Shown: positions 1 through 8,882 of the stretch, in pieces
How positions within the stretch are numbered: the stretch's first letter is position 1
How the letters are laid out: every line of letters begins with the position of its first letter
Source: Chloroflexota bacterium
GTDB lineage: Bacteria; Chloroflexota; Limnocylindria; Limnocylindrales; CSP1-4
DNA: 43,501 nt
Reading direction: 5' to 3'
Assembly: GCA_043739665.1 (NCBI GenBank)
Contig: JAYUDR010000015.1
Coordinates: forward strand, 1 to 43,501
Program-made: the position numbers and the translations under genes
The notes under the pieces: generated by a model
What the model was told of the DNA's origin: nothing
Seen by the model: only the letters and a program-made list of their open reading frames with translations
Databases searched by the model: none

Positions 1-352
1 CGATCGCCGCCGCGGCTCCGAGGCCTGCCGCAGCGACGACAAAGTCGTGGCCATCGACGTGGGCACCCGGAATTGCGACGAAGACCGAGGACGGCCTGAC
101 GCGACGGGAGTCGAAACTCACTCCTCTGATGGCGAGTGAGCCGGGCGCCGGTCCGGGTTGAGCCGGCCCGACATGTTCGACCGGTCGGACCCGCCTCAGT
201 CGTCCGGACGCCTCCAAACGCTGAATCAGGTCGCCCAGCCGCCGGGGTGCGGTTGGTTCCGCAGCCGCAAGAAGATCCAGCATCGAGTCGGCCGAGGTCG
301 AGTTGCGCGATTTCGAGTCCGGGGCGGGGCCACTCTCGGCGCCAGACGCCAT
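1..352 (-). CDS. murE: UDP-N-acetylmuramoyl-tripeptide synthetase MurE, N-terminal part (gene runs off the window start)
   Basis: Not in the ORF track because it is edge-truncated. Manual translation from the ATG at 352-350 gives MASGAESGPAPDSKSRNS...SLAIRGVSFDSRRVRPSSVFVAIPGAHVDGHDFVVAAAGLGAAAAI. This matches the MurE N-terminal signature (DSR-x-V-x-P-x-x-FVA-x-G-x-x-DGH-x-F). The start shares 1 nt with the stop of the upstream FemAB gene (TGATG). Confidence 0.75.
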   Translation of the reverse strand, partial: MASGAESGPAPDSKSRNSTSADSMLDLLAAAEPTAPRRLGDLIQRLEASGRLRRVRPVEHVGPAQPGPAPGSLAIRGVSFDSRRVRPSSVFVAIPGAHVDGHDFVVAAAGLGAAAAI

Positions 353-1554
353 CACTTGATCGACTCCTCGGCTGGGGCGTGAGGACGGCCGCGCACCTTG
401 CGAATGCCGTGACGCCAGGCGCCCATCCGATCCTGCATCACCTGTGCGGAATCGTAGGCGAGGCGGCCTGCTGGATCCAGGACGAGATCCCATGCCCCGA
501 CGTACTTGATCTCGCGTCCGCCAAAGCCCGCTTTGAAGTGTTCAATGCCCTCGTGCGAGATGCCCCACATGTCGTAGCTCGCGGCACCCTGTTCACGTGA
601 CGTCCGGATCGCCTCCCACTTCAGGAGGTAGTTGGCCCGGCATTCGGCGCCGGCCTCGGTCATGCCGCCGTACGGCTCCACCACGCGATCCCCAACTCGC
701 AGCAGGAAGAGCGTGGCCAGGCCAGCGCCGTCGGGACCCTCGGCCATCAGCAGCCGCGCCATGCCAAGCCTTTCGAACTCGCGCCAAACGGTCAGGTAAG
801 ACTCATAAGTTCGGATGACGAAGCCGGCGCGCCTGGCTGTCTCCTGGTAGATCGAGTAGAACTCCGGCAGCCGATCTGCCGTGGCCTCGACTACACGCAC
901 GTCGCTCCGGCGGGCCTTGTTCACATACTGGCGCCATTTCTTGCGCAGGCCACCCCACAGCTCCGCCTCGTCCGGCCCAAGGTCAACCTGACGGGTTCGT
1001 GATGGCTGGATCGGCGTGGCAGAACGCCAGCCAGAACGACGCAAGGCGTGCCGCAGGTCTCCATCCACGTCCAAGGGACCGTTCAGCTCGATCTCCGGTT
1101 CGATCCGAACGTGCGATACCTTCGATGGAGCGGAAACGATCGTTTGCTGTAAGGCTGCCGTGAACGCGTCGAGCGTGGCTGCGTTCCACCGGTCCAGGAC
1201 GGGCCCGCGCGGGGCATAGGCGAACGCCCACGGAAAGATGCGCGGTTTGCGGATCAAAAGTTGGACCCCAAAGGCTGTCTCGTCGCCGGCCTGCTCGGGT
1301 GCATCCTCATCTGTTGTGGTGGCATCCGGATGCGGTTGGGGCGAGCCGATGCTCGAGCCGATGAACCGCAGCGGAGTCCAGCCGTTGGGCGCCTTGACCC
1401 CGGCCCAGGCTGTGGTCTGCAGATACGACCCGGGATTGGACCTGGCCACGAAAGAGTCCCAGGTGGCGTTGTCCGGAGCCAGGTCCACGACGGACGTACG
1501 CGTCGCCGCGGCACCACGTCCCTGCGTGGCTTCCACCGAGAACTGCTCGGCCAT
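352..1554 (-). CDS. FemAB-family peptidoglycan interpeptide-bridge aminoacyltransferase (FemX-like)
   Basis: ORF 352..1623. FemAB-like residues include SYLQTTAWAGVK, AFAYAPRGPV and a C-terminal acyltransferase half (YLLKWEAIRTSREQGAASYDMWGI). I prefer the ATG at 1554 (MAEQFSV...) because AGGAGG lies 7 nt upstream. Confidence 0.75.
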   Translation of the reverse strand: MAEQFSVEATQGRGAAATRTSVVDLAPDNATWDSFVARSNPGSYLQTTAWAGVKAPNGWTPLRFIGSSIGSPQPHPDATTTDEDAPEQAGDETAFGVQLLIRKPRIFPWAFAYAPRGPVLDRWNAATLDAFTAALQQTIVSAPSKVSHVRIEPEIELNGPLDVDGDLRHALRRSGWRSATPIQPSRTRQVDLGPDEAELWGGLRKKWRQYVNKARRSDVRVVEATADRLPEFYSIYQETARRAGFVIRTYESYLTVWREFERLGMARLLMAEGPDGAGLATLFLLRVGDRVVEPYGGMTEAGAECRANYLLKWEAIRTSREQGAASYDMWGISHEGIEHFKAGFGGREIKYVGAWDLVLDPAGRLAYDSAQVMQDRMGAWRHGIRKVRGRPHAPAEESIK

Positions 1555-1608
1555 GCACCGACCTCCTGTGTCTTGCGCCACTCCTGGGTCCTCAGGCGCT
1601 CCCGAACG

Positions 1609-1614
1609 ATTGTA
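1609..1614 (-). promoter_or_regulatory. Candidate -10 hexamer TACAAT upstream of femAB-murE
   Basis: The minus strand reads cgccTACAATcgttcgg in the 109-nt xerC-femAB gap, about 45 nt upstream of the AGGAGG/ATG. No convincing -35 element. Confidence 0.3.
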
Positions 1615-1663
1615 GGCGTCCATCGGCCGTCACCGGCCGAGTGCTCGCGACATCGGGGCCGAA

Positions 1664-2866
1664 CTACTCCTCCGGACCACCAGCCGATCTGGACTCCGTC
1701 GACGCATTCGAGTGGCCGGTCGCCTCGCTCCCTGCGGACGAGAGGGTAGCCCGGGGGTGGGACGCAGTGTACGCGGCTCGCAGCCGGGCGGGCGAAACGT
1801 GTGTGTATATCTGGGTCGTCGCCAGGCTCTCGTGGCCCAGCAATTCCTGCACGACGCGCAGGTCGGCCCCGCCATCGAGCAAATGCGTAGCGAAGCTGTG
1901 GCGGAGGGTGTGGGGCGAGACGCCTTGCGGCAGCCCGGCCGCCACGCGCAGTCGATCGAGACGGAACCTCATGCCGCGCACCGCAAGGGCGGCCCCTCGA
2001 TGGTTGAGGAACAGGACCGTGGCATCGTCCATCGAGCGGCCCGACGCGCCGCGCGGGCGCGACTTTGACCCGCTCGGATGCTCGGAATTGGCAGCGCGTG
2101 AGGCCAGCACTGGTCGGCCCTCGGCGAGGTACCGCACCACAGCGGCCTTTGCCGGCCGACCAAGGAGTGAGACGCGCTCCTTTCGTCCCTTGCCGGTGAC
2201 GCGGACCTCCCCACGCTTCAGATCCACGGCGCCGACAGTGAGCGACGCGAGCTCGCTGATGCGCAAACCGGCCGCGTACGCGGTCTCGATGATCGCCACG
2301 TCGCGAATGGCAAGGGCGTGTTGTAGCGGCGTGGGCGGGGCTACCGGCGCGGTGCCCGTGGTGTGCGTGGTGTGCGTGGTGTGCGTGGCGTGCGCGGCCG
2401 CGCCTCCGGCCGACCCGAACCCAACGCCATCTGCCGCATAGTCCTGACTCCCCGATCCGGTCCCCTCCTCCGCGGCTTCAATCAGGCGCTCAGTCTGGGC
2501 CACGGTGAGGACCGCCGGCAGACGGCGTGGCTGTCGAGGAGTCGCTAGTGCCGCCAGCGGATTGCCGGCCGTGAGTCCCTGCCGCGTCGTGAACTTGTAG
2601 AACGACCTCAGGGCGGCTAGACGCTGGGCGACTGTTCTTTTGCCGCGTCCTTCGCCGAGACTGGCCAGGTATGACCTGAGCACGGCGCGTGTTGGCTCAC
2701 GCCAGTCGTGGCGGCGGGCCGTCAGCCACTGCAGGTAGCCCGCGAGGCCGGTCCTGTACGAGCGAATGGTGTTAGGAGAAGAGCCGCGCGCCACAAGCGC
2801 GTGCAGGAACCTTTCGGCGGCATCGTCGCCTGCCGGCACGTGATCGGCCGCGGGCGGGTCAGTCAT
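1664..2866 (-). CDS. xerC: Tyrosine recombinase XerC/XerD family
   Basis: C-terminal catalytic region [39 protein letters not shown] (HxxR...Y). N-terminal SAM-like core-binding domain ([24 protein letters not shown]). The track ORF extends to 3055 but overlaps topA. I chose the ATG at 2866 (MTDPPAADH...), which overlaps the topA stop by 8 nt. Confidence 0.85.
   Translation of the reverse strand: MTDPPAADHVPAGDDAAERFLHALVARGSSPNTIRSYRTGLAGYLQWLTARRHDWREPTRAVLRSYLASLGEGRGKRTVAQRLAALRSFYKFTTRQGLTAGNPLAALATPRQPRRLPAVLTVAQTERLIEAAEEGTGSGSQDYAADGVGFGSAGGAAAHATHTTHTTHTTGTAPVAPPTPLQHALAIRDVAIIETAYAAGLRISELASLTVGAVDLKRGEVRVTGKGRKERVSLLGRPAKAAVVRYLAEGRPVLASRAANSEHPSGSKSRPRGASGRSMDDATVLFLNHRGAALAVRGMRFRLDRLRVAAGLPQGVSPHTLRHSFATHLLDGGADLRVVQELLGHESLATTQIYTHVSPARLRAAYTASHPRATLSSAGSEATGHSNASTESRSAGGPEE
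2352..2396. repeat. 9-bp tandem repeat GTGTGCGTG inside xerC (3 perfect copies at 2361-2387, flanked by degenerate copies)
   Basis: Read directly: gtgcccgtg gtgtgcgtg gtgtgcgtg gtgtgcgtg gcgtgcgcg. It encodes [14 protein letters not shown] in the XerC inter-domain linker. Confidence 0.9.
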
Positions 2867-5381
2867 CCGGCGCGGCGGCCGGCTCCAAGCCCTCGGGCAC
2901 GTGTTTGGCGGGCTTGCCAGCCTGGGATCTGGCCGGTTTCCGGCCGCCGCTTCGAGCGCCCATGCCCGATCCGGCGCGGCCGGTGCGGCCCGCCCGGCCC
3001 GCTCGATCCGATGAGGGCCGCGCCAAGGCCGCGGGATTGGGATCGCCGCCCGCAAGCCTCTTGCCTACCAGATCGTCAATGCCCGTAATCTCGACGGCCG
3101 CGCCGCACACAAGGCAGAGAGCGCCGTCGCCGGCCCGCCCAATCGGGCCGCCATCGACATCGTGGACCGCCCCGACCGGTTCGTGCGACGTGGTGAATCG
3201 ACAGGTCGGGTACTTCGAGCAACCCCAGAAGACAGACCCGGTACGCCGCGCGCGACGTGCCGCGAGGTGGCCCTTACCGCACGTCGGGCATACGGCCTCG
3301 AATGGCAGCGGTGGCGGGGGCGGCGGCCCTTCCTTCTTGATGTAGTCGCATTCCGGGTAGCGGTTGCAGCCCATGAAGGGTCCGAAACGACCGCGGCGCT
3401 GAACGAGCATGCCTCCCTCGGCCTCGCCGCACTTCGGGCAGGCCTCGGGCGCCGCCGGCTCGCCGGATCCATCGGCCACGCCATCCCCGGCCGCCTTGGC
3501 GCCGTCTCCGACGCCGGGCAGCTCCCGCGTCTCCTTGTGCTCGGGATACATGGAGCAGGCCAGGAACTCGCCGTAGCGGCCGAGCCTGATGACCATCGGG
3601 TGCCCTTCCGAGCACACCTCGTCCGAGGGCCGGGTGGTGAAGTCGGCCCGCTTCAGTTCCTTGGTCTTCTCTTCGATCCGCGTCCGGAAGGGGGTGTAGA
3701 ACTCGCGAACGAAGGGTACCCAGGCCCGCTTGCCGCTGGCTACTTCGTCAAGCTCGTCTTCCATCCGGGCCGTGAATTCAAGATCGACGAACTCCCCGAA
3801 ATGGCCCACAAGAAGGTCCGTTACGACCTCCCCTACCGACTCCGGGTGCAACCGCCGCTCCACGACCTTGACGTAGCCGCGATCGGTGATGGTCGAGATC
3901 GTGGCCGCGTAGGTGGACGGACGGCCGATGCCGTGCTCTTCGAGGGCCTTGATGAGGCTCGCCTCGGTGAAGCGCGGAGGAGGCTCGGTAAAGTGCTGTA
4001 GCGGCTCGACCTTCTCGACCGTCGTGGCATCGCCCTTGGCGAGTTGCGGGAGGCGGCACTCGGCCTCCTCCTCCCCGTCGTCGCGACCCTCCGTGTAGAC
4101 CCGGGAGAAGCCGTCGAAGGTCGTGCGAGTGGCGTTGGCCCTCAGCCCGTAAACGACCCCCGGTCGTTCGCCGTCCGCGGCCAACTCGACGCTTGTGGTC
4201 TCCTGCTCCTTAGTCGCCATCTGGCTGGCGATCGCTCGCTGCCAGATCAATCGGTACAGCCGCGCCTCATCGCTGCCGAGGCGCTTGGACAGAGTCTCCG
4301 GGTCGCGGGCGAACGAGGTCGGCCGGATGGCCTCGTGGGCCTCCTGAGCGTTGCGCGTCTTCGTCTTAAATGCGCGACCCTTCGGCGTCTTGTACTCCGG
4401 ACCGAAGCGCGCCTCGATGACGCGCGCCGCTTCGGCCATGGCATCCACGGACATCGCCACAGAGTCGGTTCGCATGTACGTAATCAGGCCGACCGGGCCC
4501 TCGTCCATCTCGACGCCTTCGTAGAGGCGCTGGGCCGCGCTCATGGTTCTCTTAGGCGAGAAGCTGAGCTTCCGGCTTGCCTCCTGCTGCAGGCTGGACG
4601 TCGTAAATGGTGGCGCCGGAGTCCGGTTCGTCTTCTTAAGCGAAACGTCGGTGACTACGGGATGGCTGGCCCGAATGGCAGCCGCGTGCTTCTCGGCCGT
4701 GTCACCGTCGCCGACGTCAGGCTTCTGGCCCTCGATTCGGACAAGATCGGCCTCGAATGTGTCGCCGTTGGGGGCGATCAGGACTGCCTTAAGCGTCCAG
4801 TATTCGCGAGCGCTGAAGGCACGGATCTCACGTTCCCGGTCCACGACGAGGCGGACGGCGACCGACTGTACGCGTCCGGCGGAAAGCCCAGCCCGGACCT
4901 TGCGCCACAGCAGGGGGCTCAGGGTGTAGCCGACCAGGCGGTCTACGATCCGCCGAGCCTGCTGGGCATCGACCAGGTTGCGATCTATCGCGCGGGGTTC
5001 GGCAAAGGCCTTCTTGATCGCCGCCTCAGTGATCTCCGAGAAAGTCACCCGTCGCGTCCGGTCTGGCGCCAGTTGCGCAGCCTCTGCCACGTGCCAGGCG
5101 ATTGCCTCCCCTTCGCGGTCAAGGTCAGTCGCGAGCCAGATGAGATCCGCCTTGGCCGCCGCCTTCTGGATCGCCGATAGCTGCTTCTTGCGATCCGCAA
5201 CGACCTCGTACACGGGGGCAAAATCGTGGTCGACGTCAACGCCAAGCTGGTTCTTGCCGGGATTCTCGGGCAGGTCACGGATGTGGCCGTATGAGGCGAG
5301 CACGGTGTAACCCGGGCCTAGATAGCGTTCTATCGTCTTCGCCTTTGCGGGCGACTCGACGATCACAAGGTTGCCACTCAT
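2859..5381 (-). CDS. topA: DNA topoisomerase I (type IA) with C-terminal zinc ribbons and an Arg/Gly/Lys-rich tail
   Basis: [22 protein letters not shown] (Toprim domain). ITYMRTDS (active-site Tyr motif). CxxC...CxxC zinc ribbons ([10 protein letters not shown]...CNRYPEC; CPTCGKGH...CSKYPTC). Tail [14 protein letters not shown]...[14 protein letters not shown]. Confidence 0.97.
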   Translation of the reverse strand: MSGNLVIVESPAKAKTIERYLGPGYTVLASYGHIRDLPENPGKNQLGVDVDHDFAPVYEVVADRKKQLSAIQKAAAKADLIWLATDLDREGEAIAWHVAEAAQLAPDRTRRVTFSEITEAAIKKAFAEPRAIDRNLVDAQQARRIVDRLVGYTLSPLLWRKVRAGLSAGRVQSVAVRLVVDREREIRAFSAREYWTLKAVLIAPNGDTFEADLVRIEGQKPDVGDGDTAEKHAAAIRASHPVVTDVSLKKTNRTPAPPFTTSSLQQEASRKLSFSPKRTMSAAQRLYEGVEMDEGPVGLITYMRTDSVAMSVDAMAEAARVIEARFGPEYKTPKGRAFKTKTRNAQEAHEAIRPTSFARDPETLSKRLGSDEARLYRLIWQRAIASQMATKEQETTSVELAADGERPGVVYGLRANATRTTFDGFSRVYTEGRDDGEEEAECRLPQLAKGDATTVEKVEPLQHFTEPPPRFTEASLIKALEEHGIGRPSTYAATISTITDRGYVKVVERRLHPESVGEVVTDLLVGHFGEFVDLEFTARMEDELDEVASGKRAWVPFVREFYTPFRTRIEEKTKELKRADFTTRPSDEVCSEGHPMVIRLGRYGEFLACSMYPEHKETRELPGVGDGAKAAGDGVADGSGEPAAPEACPKCGEAEGGMLVQRRGRFGPFMGCNRYPECDYIKKEGPPPPPPLPFEAVCPTCGKGHLAARRARRTGSVFWGCSKYPTCRFTTSHEPVGAVHDVDGGPIGRAGDGALCLVCGAAVEITGIDDLVGKRLAGGDPNPAALARPSSDRAGRAGRTGRAGSGMGARSGGRKPARSQAGKPAKHVPEGLEPAAAPDD

Positions 5382-5388
5382 CGGCGGG

Positions 5389-5394
5389 AGTCTA
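5389..5394 (-). promoter_or_regulatory. Candidate -10 hexamer TAGACT 7 nt upstream of the topA ATG (possible leaderless start)
   Basis: The minus strand reads gcTAGACTcccgccgATG. No Shine-Dalgarno motif before the topA ATG and no good -35 element. Confidence 0.25.
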
Positions 5395-5621
5395 GCATCA
5401 GAGGCTCTACCACCCGTTCACCGCTCTGCCTCGGCCTCGCGTGAAGCGCCCGGCGGCGTACCTCGCGCGTCGGAACCCCTGAAGGCAAGGTGCCTCGGGC
5501 CTAACGAATGCGGCGCGGCGGCTCCTGCCCGATCGAACCGGGGCCCGGAGGCCGGACTCGCCTGCCGGGCTGCCATCGCCTCGACTAGCGGGCCTGTGTG
5601 ACGTATCGGCAGGCGGCGTCG

Positions 5622-7235
5622 TCAGCCGTAGAAGTCGATGGAGACCCTGACGACGCCATTGGTCACCCAGACCCCGACGCCGGCCCGCCGGAAGTACGGA
5701 TTCATGATGTTGAAGTAGTGCTCGCAGCGGCACCAATATTCGTTTTGGTAGAAGACCTCGATGGCGATCATGCCGCCTTTACCGAACGAACTCGGCGAGG
5801 CGATGTTCTCGCCCCACGAAGGTCCGCCCCAGCCTTGTGCGGCTAGACGGGAGTGCGGCGTGGTGCCACTCAGATAATGATCCAGGAGTCGATTGGCGGC
5901 CATTTTCTTGGCGTAAGGCCGCGATACCTTGTTGGAGATGCCGGCATCAAGTGCGAGCCTGCCCTGGGCTGGCAGCGTGTGGTGGGTCTCGGTGCTGCAT
6001 GCTCCGCCGCTCGTCACCCAGCCGCCAGTTCGGGTGCAGTTCATGAGGTTCATGTAGTAGACCTCGGACGAGTACCAGGGCGAGCTGGCCGAGGCCGCTC
6101 CGCCGGACGAAATGCTCGAGGATCGCGGCTTGGCCACCGTAAAGGTGGCCGAGGCAGCGGCCGAGATGTGCAGCCCACCGACGGCTCTCGCGGCGGTGCT
6201 AACCCTGGCCACGACTGTCGATCCGATCTTGAACGAGTAGCGCGGTGTCAGAACTAGCACGGTGTCGTCTTCTACCCAGCCGATGCTGCCGGCCACGGCT
6301 CGGCCACCAACGGTCACGCTGAAAGCGGCCGCCGTGGACTTACGGTCCATCGGGACTGTGAATCGGACTGAAACCGGCTGATTGGTGTCGTACGTGACGG
6401 TGCCACCTAGAGGCCGGAATCGGAACACCGCCGGCGCCTCCATGGTTACGATCACGAGAGGCAAAACGGTCTGGAGCGGCGACCCGGAAGTGTCGACACC
6501 GCCCCCGGCCATGGCGACGGCATAAGCGGTCTTCGACGCCAATCCATTCGTGGGAGTCATGGTGAAGGTCTGGGACGCGAGATCAGTCGGATCGTCGCCG
6601 ACGATCGTTACCGGCACCTGCGGGCTGATCCCGAACCCGGTCAGTACCGTGGCGAGCTTGACCGGACGGGTGAACGTCAGCTGAAACGCTGTGCCCGGTG
6701 AAGCGAGGCTGTCGACCATCTGCGTTGCCGTGATCGTGCCCGCCGTCGGCAGGCCGGAATCGAAGGTGGCGTGGATGGGCGTCGAAATGCTGAGGCCCTG
6801 CTGATCCGTCGCGGCGCCAGAGACATCGACCTGGTACTGGGTTTGGGGCGTCCAATGAGGGTTCGGCGCGAGAGAGAGGATCTGGGCTGTGGCATCCCAC
6901 TTGAAGACGACTTCGACCTTGGGGGCGATGGAGAGGGCCGCCTCAACCGAGCTCTCGTTCATGGGCTTTGTGAACTGGACCCGGAAGGGGGCGTCGAGGG
7001 CGAGATTGCTCTCCGTTCGAAGTGCTTCAGCCTGCGGCGCAAGAGGCGCGAACGTTGGAGCGCCCGTCCCCGCTACCGGCTCGGCCGGCAGACCAGCCAG
7101 CAATCCTGCAACCAGGACACCTACAGACCCTGCCATCAGGAACAGTCTTGCGGAGCCGGACCGACGAACTGCCGCAAACAAAAACATAGAGACGAGGATG
7201 GGGAGGGCCAAGGCAACGGCCGCAATCTTCCGCAA
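5622..7235 (-). CDS. Secreted or membrane-anchored protein: N-terminal TM/signal anchor, bacterial Ig-like (SbsA/Big_5-type) repeats, C-terminal CAP/SCP domain
   Basis: N-terminal hydrophobic segment IAAVALALPILVSMFLFAAV. Repeated segments of the F-x-V-x-F-x-x-P-M/V type. The C-terminus (LDAGISNKVSRPYAKKMAANRLLDHY...WGENIA...YFNIMNPYFRRAGVGV) resembles CAP/SCP. TTG start at 7235 with AGGAG 7 nt upstream. Confidence 0.65.
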   Translation of the reverse strand: MRKIAAVALALPILVSMFLFAAVRRSGSARLFLMAGSVGVLVAGLLAGLPAEPVAGTGAPTFAPLAPQAEALRTESNLALDAPFRVQFTKPMNESSVEAALSIAPKVEVVFKWDATAQILSLAPNPHWTPQTQYQVDVSGAATDQQGLSISTPIHATFDSGLPTAGTITATQMVDSLASPGTAFQLTFTRPVKLATVLTGFGISPQVPVTIVGDDPTDLASQTFTMTPTNGLASKTAYAVAMAGGGVDTSGSPLQTVLPLVIVTMEAPAVFRFRPLGGTVTYDTNQPVSVRFTVPMDRKSTAAAFSVTVGGRAVAGSIGWVEDDTVLVLTPRYSFKIGSTVVARVSTAARAVGGLHISAAASATFTVAKPRSSSISSGGAASASSPWYSSEVYYMNLMNCTRTGGWVTSGGACSTETHHTLPAQGRLALDAGISNKVSRPYAKKMAANRLLDHYLSGTTPHSRLAAQGWGGPSWGENIASPSSFGKGGMIAIEVFYQNEYWCRCEHYFNIMNPYFRRAGVGVWVTNGVVRVSIDFYG

Positions 7236-7410
7236 ACAGCTTCTCCTGTGGCGGCGGGATATAGCTCCCGATGGATGACTTGCCGGGAGGGTAACACCGG
7301 TCTGGAACGTACGGCAAATCCTCGGGGAGTGCGCTGGCTCGTTGGGCGGCCGTCCCTGCCACCATCTGAGCGTGGCCCTCGGCCGATTGTTGAGGCCCCG
7401 ACATCACAAC

Positions 7411-8880
7411 TTATTCCCGCCGTTTCAGCCTGGTTGACCGTGGGTTCGACCACGCGGCAAGAGCCCCCGTCGGCACGTAGCGACCGCCGGCGCTGGCCGC
7501 CAGGCCTCGCAATTCGAGCAGCGTGAGGGCACTCAGAATGGCCGCCGCACCCAGTGACGTCCGACGAGAGAGATCGTCAGCAGACGCGGGCCCTTCGACC
7601 AGCATCTCCGCAAGGGCCCGCTCTACGGGCGCCAAAGAGGCCAGCACTGCCGCTCTTCCCGCGCCGACTGTCGACGATCCCGGCTCCCCATACCGCGCCT
7701 CGCGTGGCCCTCGAGCGGCCGCCTCCGCCGCCCGACTCGTCCCGCCTCCGTCCAGTTCGAGGTCCTCGAGAAGCTCGGGGATACCGCTCACGACGCGCGC
7801 CTGGCCCGGAAAGCTGCGCAGGAAGGCGTGGCAGCCGGCACTCGTTGGAGCATCGAGCGGCCCCGGAACGAGGAAGCACTCCCGACCCTGTTCCAGCGCC
7901 CAGCCAGCGGTAATGAGGGCGCCACTGCGCCGGCCGGCTTCGACCACGACCGTAGCGTCCGACAGTCCACTGACAAGGCGATTGCGACGCGGGAAGGCGC
8001 CTCGGCTCGGGCTGGTGTCCGGCAGCAGCTCCGAAACGACCGCGCCTCCCGCAGCGGCGATCGCGTCGGCGAGACGCTCGTGGGCGCGGGGGAACAGGTG
8101 GGCATGCCCGCCCCCGAGAACCGCCACAGTGGATAGGCCCTCGGCAACAACCGCGGCGTGGGCGGCGCCGTCAATCCCAACGGCCAGCCCGGACACCACC
8201 ACGGCCCCCGCTCTTGCCACGGCCGAGCCGATCCACCCGGCAATCAGACGGCCCTTATCCGTCGGCCGGCGGGTGCCGACGATGGCGACGGCATGGTCGG
8301 CGGCCATGGCCTCGACACAGCCACGCACGTAAAGTATCGGCGGCGGCAGATCGACAAGACGTAACCGATTCGGATAGGTTGGGTCCTCCAGCGTCACGAC
8401 CGTCAGGCCGAGAGAGCGGACCCGCGCCACGGCTCGACGCCCTTCCGAAATTCCATCGCAGATGCGAGCGGCCAGGTCCGAACCGACATTCAGATGCCCG
8501 GCCGCATTGGTGGACCGGACATCCCCATCGGCGCTAGCCGCCCTGGATGCATGATCGGCCAGAACCTGTCTGAGAAGATTTGGCCCGATCGCCGACGATG
8601 CCGCCTCCAGCACCTCCCTGGCCGAGCCGAAGGCCGCCAATAGCGCACCGAAGGTGATTGGGCCCACACCCGGAACAGCCAGCAAGATGACCCAAGCATC
8701 GCACTCGGCCTGGCGGCGGGCATCCATTTCGGGCCGGGCGTCGATGTCGGGCCGGGCGTCGATGTCGGGCCGGGCGTCGGGTCCGCGCGAGGACTCCGCC
8801 ACGGCCGACGTCACTGGGGACGGCTCCGCCTCGGCGACTCGACGCGGCGAGACGGGACCAAGCGCCTGCACACCTAACAT
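7411..8880 (-). CDS. dprA: DNA processing protein DprA/Smf
   Basis: LLAVPGVGPITFGALLAAFGS (SAM/HhH-like). Rossmann core VAIVGTRRPT...VVSGLAVGIDGAAHAAV...FPRRNRLVSGLSDATVVVEA. C-terminal winged-helix-like tail. Confidence 0.9.
   Translation of the reverse strand: MLGVQALGPVSPRRVAEAEPSPVTSAVAESSRGPDARPDIDARPDIDARPEMDARRQAECDAWVILLAVPGVGPITFGALLAAFGSAREVLEAASSAIGPNLLRQVLADHASRAASADGDVRSTNAAGHLNVGSDLAARICDGISEGRRAVARVRSLGLTVVTLEDPTYPNRLRLVDLPPPILYVRGCVEAMAADHAVAIVGTRRPTDKGRLIAGWIGSAVARAGAVVVSGLAVGIDGAAHAAVVAEGLSTVAVLGGGHAHLFPRAHERLADAIAAAGGAVVSELLPDTSPSRGAFPRRNRLVSGLSDATVVVEAGRRSGALITAGWALEQGRECFLVPGPLDAPTSAGCHAFLRSFPGQARVVSGIPELLEDLELDGGGTSRAAEAAARGPREARYGEPGSSTVGAGRAAVLASLAPVERALAEMLVEGPASADDLSRRTSLGAAAILSALTLLELRGLAASAGGRYVPTGALAAWSNPRSTRLKRRE
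8729..8782. repeat. 18-bp tandem repeat (2 perfect copies plus 1 partial) in the dprA 5' region
   Basis: tcgggccgggcgtcgatg occurs twice, followed by tcgggccgggcgtcgggt. It encodes RPDIDARPDIDARPEMDA in the DprA N-terminal extension. Confidence 0.9.
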
Positions 8881-8882
8881 AC

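Noticed and set aside
1664-2866. Tyrosine recombinase as a marker of an integrated element
   Set aside because: It sits in the conserved dprA-topA-xerC housekeeping synteny and is XerC/D-like in its catalytic motifs. It is 22 kb from the only tRNA, and I found no flanking direct repeats or phage/ICE genes.
1664-3055. Long N-terminal extensions of track ORFs: xerC to 3055, the NarL-type regulator from 16726, the methyltransferase to 37503, HAD to 38584, the 2-hydroxyacid dehydrogenase to 33033, and mrfB from 27935
   Set aside because: The extensions overlap well-supported neighbouring genes, lack domain content, and have internal starts with better RBS or coupling context.
4044-5180. 378-aa plus-strand ORF
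   Set aside because: It is fully antisense to topA, whose identity is unambiguous. The Arg/Ala/Gly/Leu-rich translation with no motifs is typical of spurious antisense ORFs in GC-rich DNA.
5528-5542. T-arm-like motif CCCG-GTTCGAT-CGGG in the topA upstream region
   Set aside because: No matching acceptor, D or anticodon arms can be drawn around it. It is an isolated 4-bp stem and most likely chance.
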